Assembly (NCBI GenBank): GCA_013360865.1
Contig: JABWAS010000003.1
Coordinates: 681-64,680 of the forward strand
Length of the DNA: 64,000 bases
Source: Candidatus Paceibacter sp.
GTDB lineage: Bacteria > Patescibacteriota > Minisyncoccia > UBA9983
Direction of reading: 5' to 3'
Shown: positions 28,493 to 36,397 of the stretch, piece after piece
Position numbering within the stretch: the first letter of the stretch is position 1
How the letters are laid out: the number at the start of each line of letters is the position of its first letter
The notes under the pieces: generated by a model
What the model was told of the DNA's origin: nothing
Seen by the model: the letters and a program-made list of their open reading frames with translations, nothing else
Databases searched by the model: none
Program-made: the position numbers and the translations under genes

Positions 28493-30604
28493 ATGACTTT
28501 AAACTCCCCCTTTGAAGAAAATTTCCGCCTGACGGAAAGGCAAAAAGACGGCCTGGCCAAACTCGGGCTTAAGACCTCGCGCGATTTGCTTTTTTACTTC
28601 CCTTCCCGCTACGAACATTTTTCGGAAAGGAAAAATATCATTGATTTGGCGGAGGGCGACAAAACCACCGTCTTCGGCGAAGTGCTGGAAGCGGAAACTT
28701 CCAAAACCTGGCGCAAAAAAATGGCCATATCGGAAATAACCGTGGGCGACAACACCGGCCTGTTGAATGCCGTCTGGTTTCGCCAGCCCTACGTGGCCAA
28801 AATGCTTAAAATCGGCGACAAGGTGGCGCTTACCGGAAAAATTTCCATCGGCAAATCCGGCTTTTACGTCAGCAACCCGTCTTTTGAGAAAATAAGTTCT
28901 TACGAAGCGTTGGGCGAAGGTTCAATGATTCTGCCGATTTATCCGGAAACTGTCGGCATCACTTCACGATGGCTGCGCTTCGCCGTTGACCGTATTCTTA
29001 AAAAAGTCGGCCTGACGGAGCTGCAAGACCCACTGCCGGAAAAAGTTCTAGCCAAATATCATCTGCCCTCTCTCGCCTCTTCTCTTATCTACATTCACAA
29101 ACCGCAGAAAGAAAGCGACGCCCAAGCCGCCCGCAAAAGATTCGCTTTTGAAGAAATATTTTTCATCCAACTCGCCAGACTTAAACAACGCGCCGAAGTT
29201 GAGAAGAAACACTCTTACGCCGTCAAATGCGCGCCGGAAGAACTGGAAAATTTGTTTTCTCTTTTTCCTTTCCAGCTCACAAACTCGCAGGAAAATTCCA
29301 TCCGGGCGATAGCGGAAGACTTCCAAAAAAATCATCCGATGTCGCGTCTTTTGGAGGGCGACGTCGGTTCGGGCAAAACGGCCGTGGCAGTGGCCGCCAG
29401 TTTTATGGTTTTAAACAGCGGCCTGCAAACGGCCTATATGGCCCCGACAGAAATTCTGGCCGAACAGCACTTCAAATCTTTCATCGGCTATTTTTCCCAA
29501 CTCCGGCGGCCGGCAAAAATCGGACTTATCACATCCTCCGGCTGCAAAAAATTCCCCTCCAAGGTAAACGTCGGCCAACCGACGCCGATATCAAAAAGCC
29601 AGCTGCTTAAATGGGTGGAAAACGGAGAAATACCGATACTGATAGGCACTCACTCGCTGATTCAGGAAAGCGTGAGGTTTAAAAACCTGGCGCTGGCGAT
29701 AATAGACGAGCAGCACCGCTTCGGCACCGGCCAAAGAGCGCTTCTGGCCTCCCAAAAATCGGACAAAATTCCCCATCTTCTCTCCATGACCGCCACGCCC
29801 ATTCCCCGCACCCTGGCTTTGACCGCCTACGGCGACCTTGATTTGTCTTTGCTGGACGAGCTGCCGCAGGGGCGCAAAAAGATAATTACTCGCGCGATTT
29901 CGCCTAGTGGCAGAGATTCGGCTTACGAAGAAATAAGGAAAGAAATTTCCGCCGGACGGCAAGCGTTCGTTATCTGCCCAAGAATAGACGAGCCAGACGA
30001 AGAAAAAATAAACGCGCTTAACGTTAAAGCGGTAAAAGAGGAGGCCAAAAGACTGAAGAAAGAAATTTTCCCGGAATTTGAGGTCGGGATGCTGCACGGC
30101 AAAATGTTGCCGAAAGAAAAAGAAGAAGCGCTGAGCGATTTTAAAAAAGGAAAGACGAATATTCTGGTCGCCACCTCCGTGGTGGAAGTCGGCATAGACA
30201 TCCCCAACGCCACCATAATTTTAATAGAAGGGGCGGAAAGGTTCGGCCTCTCCCAGCTTCATCAGCTAAGGGGTCGGGTCGGACGGGGCGAGCACCAATC
30301 TTATTGCTATGTTTTCGCGGAATCAAAATCGCAGAAGACAATGGAAAGACTGAAGGCTTTTGTTGAAGGCAAAAATGGCTTTGAACTGGCCGAGTACGAT
30401 TTGCAGTTGCGCGGGGCCGGCGAGCTCGGCGGTGGCAAACAATGGGGCATATCCGATGTCGGTATGGAAGCTTTAAGAAATATCAAAATGGTGGAAGCGG
30501 CCCGGGAAGAATCGCAAAAAATAATCAAAGACGACCCGGAATTTAAAAAATATCCGTTAATCGCCGAACGGCTCAAAAACGGCAAAAAAATCCATTTTGA
30601 ATAA
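28493..30604 (+). CDS. recG: ATP-dependent DNA helicase RecG
   Basis: Wedge/OB N-terminal domain, Walker A DVGSGKTAVA, DEQHRFG, helicase motifs. Confidence 0.85.
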   Translation: MTLNSPFEENFRLTERQKDGLAKLGLKTSRDLLFYFPSRYEHFSERKNIIDLAEGDKTTVFGEVLEAETSKTWRKKMAISEITVGDNTGLLNAVWFRQPYVAKMLKIGDKVALTGKISIGKSGFYVSNPSFEKISSYEALGEGSMILPIYPETVGITSRWLRFAVDRILKKVGLTELQDPLPEKVLAKYHLPSLASSLIYIHKPQKESDAQAARKRFAFEEIFFIQLARLKQRAEVEKKHSYAVKCAPEELENLFSLFPFQLTNSQENSIRAIAEDFQKNHPMSRLLEGDVGSGKTAVAVAASFMVLNSGLQTAYMAPTEILAEQHFKSFIGYFSQLRRPAKIGLITSSGCKKFPSKVNVGQPTPISKSQLLKWVENGEIPILIGTHSLIQESVRFKNLALAIIDEQHRFGTGQRALLASQKSDKIPHLLSMTATPIPRTLALTAYGDLDLSLLDELPQGRKKIITRAISPSGRDSAYEEIRKEISAGRQAFVICPRIDEPDEEKINALNVKAVKEEAKRLKKEIFPEFEVGMLHGKMLPKEKEEALSDFKKGKTNILVATSVVEVGIDIPNATIILIEGAERFGLSQLHQLRGRVGRGEHQSYCYVFAESKSQKTMERLKAFVEGKNGFELAEYDLQLRGAGELGGGKQWGISDVGMEALRNIKMVEAAREESQKIIKDDPEFKKYPLIAERLKNGKKIHFE

Positions 30605-30668
30605 TTCTTAGTTGGACTCGGTTACAGATTTCTGCGATAGCGGGATTTTGTATCTGATGGTTAAGTTT

Positions 30669-30718
30669 AAAATCAAGGTTAAACCTTGAGATGCTTTTTA
30701 AGGTTTAACCTTGATTTT
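30669..30718 (+). terminator. Inverted repeat AAAATCAAGGTTAAACCT…AGGTTTAACCTTGATTTT plus T-run downstream of recG
   Basis: 18-bp arms, an A-run before and a T6 run after, so it may act in both directions. Confidence 0.55.
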
Positions 30719-30729
30719 TTCATTGGGCA

Positions 30730-30759
30730 TTGACAAATACTTACCTAAAATGGTATAAG
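30730..30759 (+). promoter_or_regulatory. Sigma70-like promoter (TTGACA-N18-TGgTATAAG) for the candidate ncRNA
   Basis: Consensus -35 and an extended -10; there is no ORF downstream. Confidence 0.5.
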
Positions 30760-30765
30760 GTAAAA

Positions 30766-31072
30766 AATACCTTAAAATAAGCGGACGGCGCAACATCTCC
30801 TCCCTGACGCCTGGTCAGCGCAGCGTCAGAATTCAAAACATATCTGTCGTTGTGCCGTTCGCTCAAAATAATCGGCAGGCGAAGGGTTCATAACCCGACT
30901 CGCTTGCCCGGCAAGAATAAGCGCTGGTGAATATACTAATACCGCAAAACCAATTCACCGCCGCGGCATCAACAAGCCGCGCAAGGTTCTTTTCTCCTTG
31001 TTTCTTTACTTGGCTTATTCTTGCCAAATTTTTAAACAAAACTCCAATTCGTTCGTTGGGGTTTTTATTTTT
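30766..31072 (+). ncRNA. Candidate ~300-nt structured RNA of unknown class
   Basis: It is promoter-driven, with a 14-bp helix (30781-30794 paired with 30849-30862) that contains two G-U pairs which would be A-C mismatches on the other strand. Several internal hairpins follow, and the 3' end is T-rich. Confidence 0.35.
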
Positions 31073-31083
31073 GAGATAAATAA

Positions 31084-31116
31084 ATGGGCGCACCAGGACT
31101 CGAATCCCGTAGAATT
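31084..31116 (-). repeat. Partial copy of the 3' end (T-arm plus acceptor) of tRNA-Ile, ~85 bp downstream of the intact gene
   Basis: …GGGATTCGAGTCCTGGTGCGCCCA resembles the tRNA-Ile 3' end GGTTCGAGTCCTAGTGCGCGCACCA; no 5' half is present. Confidence 0.5.
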
Positions 31117-31197
31117 GGCTTTGCAAACTCACGGGACAGGCCTAGGACCCCAGAGGTATATAAGATATAAAGTCGTCGCTCAAATCAAATGATTATG

Positions 31198-31273
31198 TGG
31201 TGCGCGCACTAGGACTCGAACCTAGGACCACCAAGGTATAAGCTTGGCGCTCTACCAACTGAGCTATGCGCGC
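31198..31273 (-). tRNA. tRNA-Ile with anticodon TAT (UAU); CCA encoded
   Basis: Acceptor GCGCGCA/TGCGCGC, D-arm GCTCAGTTGGTAGAGC, anticodon stem-loop CCAAG-CTTATAC-CTTGG, T-loop TTCGAGT, A73 plus CCA. Confidence 0.75.
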
Positions 31274-31330
31274 GCACCACACATCACTTGAATTTTCGCT
31301 AGACTTTATAAGCTCCGTGCTTGTGTGGAT

Positions 31331-33202
31331 TTATCCTATCTCCGCGTGGGTGTTTTCCAGAGTTTCTTTCTTCGGCCTGATTCCGTGCTTTGAGATTATA
31401 GCATTAAACTCGTCGCTTTCAATGGTCTCTTTTTCTATAAGAGTGCTGGCGATTTCTTCCAAAACAGCTTTGTGTTTGGACAAGACTTCTTTGGCCTCTT
31501 TGTGAGATTCGCTAATTATCTTCGTTATTTCCGCGTCAATTTCTTTAGCCACATCTTCGGAATAATTTTTTTCCGTGACAAATTCCTTGCCCAAAAACAC
31601 CGGTTCGCTTCGGCCGCCCCAAGCCACCGGCCCGATTTTGTCCGACATGCCGTAGCGCATCACCAAGGCTCTCGCGATTTCCGTGGCGTGTCGCAAGTCG
31701 TCGGCCGCGCCGGTCGTCAGGTCGTCAAATATCATTTTTTCCGCCGAGTATCCGCCCAGCGCCACCGCTATCTCGTCCGTAAAATGGGCCTTGGAGTAAA
31801 GATGCTTTTCCTCCAAAGGCAGTTTAAGAGTGTAACCGGCCGCTCTGCCGCGGGACACGACGGAAACTTTATGCACCGGGTCGGCGTGCTTGAGCACCGA
31901 CGAAACCAAGGCGTGGCCGGCTTCGTGGTAAGAAGCGATTTTCTTTTCCTCTCCGGTCAGGAGATGGCTTTTTCTTTCCGGTCCGAGCAGAACTTTTTCT
32001 ATGGAACGGATGAGGTCAAACTGGCCGATTTTCTTCCTTTCTTCGCGGGCGGCCAGAATCGCCGCCTCATTCATCAGGTTTTGCAAATCAGCGCCGGAGA
32101 AGCCGGGCGTTCTCTCCGCCACCAGTTCCAGATTCACGTCCTCGGCGAAGGGTTTGTTTCGGGAATGAATCGCCAATATTTCCTTTCTTTCCTTAATGTC
32201 CGGCAAATCAAGAACAACGCGCCGGTCAAATCTGCCCGGCCGCAACAACGCCGGATCCAGCACGTCTGGCCGATTGGTGGCCGCCATCACAATCACTTTT
32301 TCGTGGGGCTCAAAGCCGTCCATTTCCACCAGGATCTGATTGAGGGTTTGTTCCCTTTCGTCGTGGCCGCCACCCAAGCCCGCTCCGCGGTGCCTGCCCA
32401 CCGCGTCAATTTCGTCCACAAAGATTATCGCCGGAGCGGAACTTTTGGCCACTCGGAACAAATCCCTGACGCGGCTGGCCCCGACGCCAACAAACAGCTC
32501 CACGAACTCGGAGCCGGATACGTGGAAAAACGGGACATTGCTTTCTCCTGCCACCGCTCTGGCCAATAAAGTCTTGCCGCTACCGGGCGGTCCCATCAAG
32601 AGAACACCTTTAGGAATACGCGCGCCAATGTCCAGAAATTTTTTGGGGTTGCGCAAAAATTCAACTATTTCTTTCAACTCCTCCTTCACTTCGTGCGCTC
32701 CGGCCACGTCTTTAAACGTCACTTTTTCTTTTTTGTCGTCCGGCTCTATCACCCGCGCCTGCGTCTTGCCGAAAGAAAACGACTGCAGATTGGCGCTTTT
32801 GACCTGCCGGGCCGCCATCCAGAAAAAGAACACTATTATAAGTATCGGCAGAAGCAAAGGCAGAATGGTGCTCATCCACACCAAAAATCCGGATGGACTA
32901 CTTATGTCTATTTTTACCAAAGACAGCTGCTCTTTGGAAACGCCGTAGTTGGCCAGTGTTTCCGTCAGCGCCGTTTCCGTTTCTTTCTTGGATTCTATGA
33001 CTTTGCCGTCCTTCAGGGTCACTTCCAGATTATTGCCCTCAACTTTTATTTCCCGCACGTTGCCGGCGTTAATTTCGCCCACCAGCTGGGAAATGGGCGC
33101 CTGCTCTCTATCGGCAAACTGGCCGACGAGCAAAGAATAAAATCCCGCCATTACCATCAGGATAAGCAGGATTATTATGATGTTTTTGGAAAAAAGCTTC
33201 AT
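31331..33202 (-). CDS. ftsH: ATP-dependent zinc metalloprotease FtsH
   Basis: AAA+ [20 protein letters not shown], and the HEAGHAL zinc site. Confidence 0.9.
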   Translation of the reverse strand: MKLFSKNIIIILLILMVMAGFYSLLVGQFADREQAPISQLVGEINAGNVREIKVEGNNLEVTLKDGKVIESKKETETALTETLANYGVSKEQLSLVKIDISSPSGFLVWMSTILPLLLPILIIVFFFWMAARQVKSANLQSFSFGKTQARVIEPDDKKEKVTFKDVAGAHEVKEELKEIVEFLRNPKKFLDIGARIPKGVLLMGPPGSGKTLLARAVAGESNVPFFHVSGSEFVELFVGVGASRVRDLFRVAKSSAPAIIFVDEIDAVGRHRGAGLGGGHDEREQTLNQILVEMDGFEPHEKVIVMAATNRPDVLDPALLRPGRFDRRVVLDLPDIKERKEILAIHSRNKPFAEDVNLELVAERTPGFSGADLQNLMNEAAILAAREERKKIGQFDLIRSIEKVLLGPERKSHLLTGEEKKIASYHEAGHALVSSVLKHADPVHKVSVVSRGRAAGYTLKLPLEEKHLYSKAHFTDEIAVALGGYSAEKMIFDDLTTGAADDLRHATEIARALVMRYGMSDKIGPVAWGGRSEPVFLGKEFVTEKNYSEDVAKEIDAEITKIISESHKEAKEVLSKHKAVLEEIASTLIEKETIESDEFNAIISKHGIRPKKETLENTHAEIG

Positions 33203-33258
33203 GTTTTGATGTTTGGATTATACTATTAAAATCGCCAAAATCAACTTATAATAGGTTT

Positions 33259-33714
33259 ATGTCCGCGCTTTTGGAAAACAAGAAGGCTTATTTTGACTAT
33301 GAAATTATGGAAAAATTCCAGGCCGGTTTGGAGCTGCTTGGCTGGGAAGTTAAATCTTTAAGGAATAAACAAGGTTCGCTGGCCGGCTCCCGGGTGATAA
33401 TCCGGGGCGGCGAAGCGTTTTTAGTGGGAGCAAGCGTTTCTCCTTATCAGCCTAAAAACATCGCCAGCGGTTCCGCCAAAGCGGGAGAAGAAAACAGGAC
33501 AATAAAACTTCTGCTGACAAAAAAAGAGCTGAACTATCTGGCGGGCAAGGCGGAAGAAAAAGGGCTGACGCTCATCCCTCTTAAAATTTTTACTCTGGGC
33601 AAAAAATTGAAGCTGGAGCTCGCCCTCGTCCGCGGCAAGAAAAAATTTGAAAAACGGGAAAAAATCAAAAAAAGAGAAACGGAAAGAAATGTTAGGAGAT
33701 TGATGAAAGAGTAA
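33259..33714 (+). CDS. smpB: SsrA-binding protein
   Basis: …NKKAYFDYEI…, the KLLLTKKEL…KGLTLIPLK… pattern, and a basic C-terminal tail. Confidence 0.85.
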   Translation: MSALLENKKAYFDYEIMEKFQAGLELLGWEVKSLRNKQGSLAGSRVIIRGGEAFLVGASVSPYQPKNIASGSAKAGEENRTIKLLLTKKELNYLAGKAEEKGLTLIPLKIFTLGKKLKLELALVRGKKKFEKREKIKKRETERNVRRLMKE

Positions 33715-33723
33715 ATTGTTTCT

Positions 33724-34050
33724 TCAATTAAAAAGATCTTGTTTTATAAACGGTTTTAGGTCTGATTTAACGAGAATTCTTTGAGTGTCAGTTTTCTTAA
33801 TTAAAGACAATAATGGGGTTGTAGAATTATCTAGATTATTATCGTCTGTAATGGAAAAACCAACATATTCAATTTTCTCTTTATTTCTGTGGCGGACCCA
33901 GTCAATCGCTGGTATCAAATCCGAATCAGAACTAACAATAACAGCAGTATCGTATTGATTATCAACTGCTCCTACTATTAAGTCAGTAGCTAATTTAACG
34001 TCTATTCCCTTTTCTCGCAATCTCTCGAATTCGATTTTCTTAACACCCAT
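33724..34050 (-). CDS. NYN/LabA-like nuclease domain protein, apparently N-terminally truncated or using a non-ATG start
   Basis: …GIDVKLATDLIVGAVDNQYDTAVIVSSDSDLIPAI… is the NYN core. The in-frame upstream sequence …SPIIDNRVVDYKKLLS continues the domain but has no ATG, and a stop lies at 34147-34149. The region is AT-rich. Confidence 0.5.
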   Translation of the reverse strand: MGVKKIEFERLREKGIDVKLATDLIVGAVDNQYDTAVIVSSDSDLIPAIDWVRHRNKEKIEYVGFSITDDNNLDNSTTPLLSLIKKTDTQRILVKSDLKPFIKQDLFN

Positions 34051-34448
34051 ACTTAAAAGTTTTTTATAATCGACAACTCTGTTATCAATAATAGGACTTA
34101 CGCACTTTGGCAGAATTAAGCAAAATCCATGTGCTGAATAATGATTTTAAGCCATTAGTTGCTAAGTTTTTGCTAAAAAGTGCATTTTGCGTAAGTCCTA
34201 ATAATAATTACTTTTTGTCAGACGTCAAGATAATAAAAATTTACCTGTGAAAATGCAAATCTATTGACTATAAAAAAATAAACTATAAGCTAACGGTGGG
34301 GTTTGAGAAAGATTTGGAGCCAATCGGGCAACTCACCTTGCGGATAACAAAATGAGTCTAGTAACACTTCATTTATGGGGTTAAATTACCAGGGTTATAG
34401 AGAGGTCAAGTTAAAGATTGCTTGTGACTTATCTTCTGATCTACCCTA

Positions 34449-34484
34449 GCCCGACAATATTTATTGTCGGGCTATTTTATTTAT
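34449..34484 (+). terminator. Rho-independent terminator (AGCCCGACAATA…TATTGTCGGGCT plus T-run)
   Basis: 12-bp stem followed by ATTTTATTT. Confidence 0.6.
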
Positions 34485-34497
34485 AATATCAAAAAAT

Positions 34498-34527
34498 TTG
34501 ACAATCAGTCTTATTTTATAGTATTAT
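34498..34527 (+). promoter_or_regulatory. Sigma70 promoter (TTGACA-N18-TATTAT) for ssrA
   Basis: Consensus hexamers sit ~10 nt upstream of the GGGG 5' end of tmRNA. Confidence 0.65.
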
Positions 34528-34536
34528 GTTTTCGTA

Positions 34537-34886
34537 GGGGATGATCGGCCTGGACAAAGAGTACGTTTAAATCACGCAAGCCGAGTGTTCTAAAAACTCG
34601 TAAAACTTTCAGAAATCTAATTAAGCGTCAAAAACTTATTTAGCCAACCGGCGTTAGCTTACGCTTAACCCGGCGTTCCCCCGGCCCACTTCCGATAAGC
34701 CGGACGGAATGTCATTTATCGGGATAGGAAAATTTCCGCCTCAAAAATTTTCCGAAAAATTAGAGGCTCTGGATTCGGAGATTTTGATTGTTTAATACCC
34801 CGTTTCCGAAACGAACAAACAACCTAAGCTTGTAGAACTGATTTAAAACAGCTTTTTGCACGGCGGTTCGATTCCGCCCATCTCCA
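34537..34886 (+). ncRNA. ssrA: tmRNA (transfer-messenger RNA)
   Basis: The 5' end GGGGATGATCGGCCTGGAC pairs with the 3' CATCTCC-A. The T-arm is GGCGG-TTCGATT-CCGCC. It is ~350 nt and adjacent to smpB. A candidate tag frame ends …QPALAYA followed by TAA. Confidence 0.7.
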
Positions 34887-34996
34887 TAAATAAAATGCTC
34901 CAGCTTGCCTAGGGCCATTTTTATTTATGAGCACGATGAAACGGAATCGAACGGACTGACTAAATGTCAGTCCGCGGAATTTTCCATAAGAAAATT

Positions 34997-35012
34997 GATT
35001 CCGCCCATCTCC
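34997..35012 (+). repeat. Second copy of the tmRNA 3' end (GATTCCGCCCATCTCC), 111 bp downstream of the first
   Basis: Exact 16-mer identity with 34870-34885. Confidence 0.7.
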
Positions 35013-35064
35013 GTCTATAACCAAAATGTTGTTATGCCACGATTAGTCATGCTACAATTTTTAT

Positions 35065-35643
35065 ATGAATAAACTAATTATTGGAATTATTATTATTATC
35101 GCCGTTGTCATCGGTGGTTATTTTCTTATTAATCCTCGCCCTGCCGAAAAAGAAGAGCAATCTAACGCGTTAGATTATAAAAACGCTAGTTATGTCATTG
35201 ACGGGAAAACCATCCAACTTCGTGATGGTATCGCTATTACGGAAGCAATTCCGGGCTCCGCGTCTAAAATCACGACTCGCCACTTCGGCAACGAACTAAA
35301 AACGGATCTTGACGGCGATGGACTAGAAGACATCGCGTTTATTCTCACGCAAGACAGAGGAGGCTCCGGCACGTTCTACTATGCCGTGGCCGCTCTAAAT
35401 ACTGCCCAAGGGTATATCGGCTCCGATGGATATCTGCTCGGAGATCGTATCGCGCCACAGAGCACAACGATTAGCCCGAATCCTCGCCATAAATATGTTG
35501 TTGTCTTTAACTACGCAGACAGAAAAGAAGGCGAGCCGATGACCAAACCGCCGTCTGTCGGCAAAAGCGTATATCTAAAGATAAATCCCGCCACAACGCA
35601 GTGGGGTATTGTAGTTCCGGACTTTGAAGGAGAATCGCGATAA
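35065..35643 (+). CDS. Hypothetical membrane-anchored/secreted protein
   Basis: N-terminal TM helix IIGIIIIIAVVIGGYFLI, then a soluble domain with a DLDGDGLED Ca-binding-like motif. Confidence 0.45.
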   Translation: MNKLIIGIIIIIAVVIGGYFLINPRPAEKEEQSNALDYKNASYVIDGKTIQLRDGIAITEAIPGSASKITTRHFGNELKTDLDGDGLEDIAFILTQDRGGSGTFYYAVAALNTAQGYIGSDGYLLGDRIAPQSTTISPNPRHKYVVVFNYADRKEGEPMTKPPSVGKSVYLKINPATTQWGIVVPDFEGESR

Positions 35644-35671
35644 AAATCTTGCCATCTCCCTAATCGGTTTT

Positions 35672-36379
35672 TTATTTATCACTGTTCTGTATTTCCTCTT
35701 TAATCCTCTCTTCTAGTTTGTCCTCGTGGTCTCTATAATAATCCTCCACCAGAGTGGCGCTTTTATGCGCCTCGGAATATTTTTTGCCAAGCGACATTAA
35801 AAACCTTTCGCGCAACTCATGCAGAATGATAAACTTTCTTTCTTCCGGCGAAAGCACCTCGTCTATCCAAATCTCGTTTTTAGGAATAAAAGAATAAACT
35901 TTGTCATGACCGCCCTCCGCGTATTCAACCAGAAAAAAATCCCTAACCAGTTTACCGTCAACAAGCCAGATTTTAATTTTTTCCCCGCTCTCTTCTAAAA
36001 TTTTCTTTCTCACTGTTTCCAGTAATTCCTTCCTGTTTTTGGGCGCTCTGAAGTGGTTTTTATTATTCTCCGCCTCTCTTTCTTTTTTCTCAAAAAAGTC
36101 GGCTTTCTTCACGGCTTCGTCATAACCTTCCCCGACTTTTATCAAGCCCATTTCCACAAACATATGGTTTATGAAAAATTTTCTTTCCTCCGGATTGGTT
36201 TCCTCGTCAATCCACAACTCGCGCTTCGGAACAAAACTGTGGTTATAATGATGATCGTACTCGACAAAATTTTCGTTTATAACTTTCCTCACGTACTGCC
36301 CGTCCACCAACCACACGTTATAATCTCTTATTTTTTCTATCTTCTTTACGTAAATATTTTTATCTTTAGCGCCGGACAT
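35672..36379 (-). CDS. Hypothetical protein made of two tandem copies of an ~90-aa domain (WLVDG…VR…IPK.EIWIDE..PEERKF)
   Basis: Residues ~20-95 and ~135-220 align clearly with each other. Confidence 0.5.
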   Translation of the reverse strand: MSGAKDKNIYVKKIEKIRDYNVWLVDGQYVRKVINENFVEYDHHYNHSFVPKRELWIDEETNPEERKFFINHMFVEMGLIKVGEGYDEAVKKADFFEKKEREAENNKNHFRAPKNRKELLETVRKKILEESGEKIKIWLVDGKLVRDFFLVEYAEGGHDKVYSFIPKNEIWIDEVLSPEERKFIILHELRERFLMSLGKKYSEAHKSATLVEDYYRDHEDKLEERIKEEIQNSDK

Positions 36380-36397
36380 TTTATTATAGAATCGTTG

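Noticed and set aside
30766-31072. Assigning the candidate ncRNA to RNase P RNA, SRP RNA or 6S RNA
   Set aside because: None of the universal motifs (GGAAAGUCCGGGC/ACAGAA for RNase P; GGAAGCAGC loop for SRP) are present. The class is left open.
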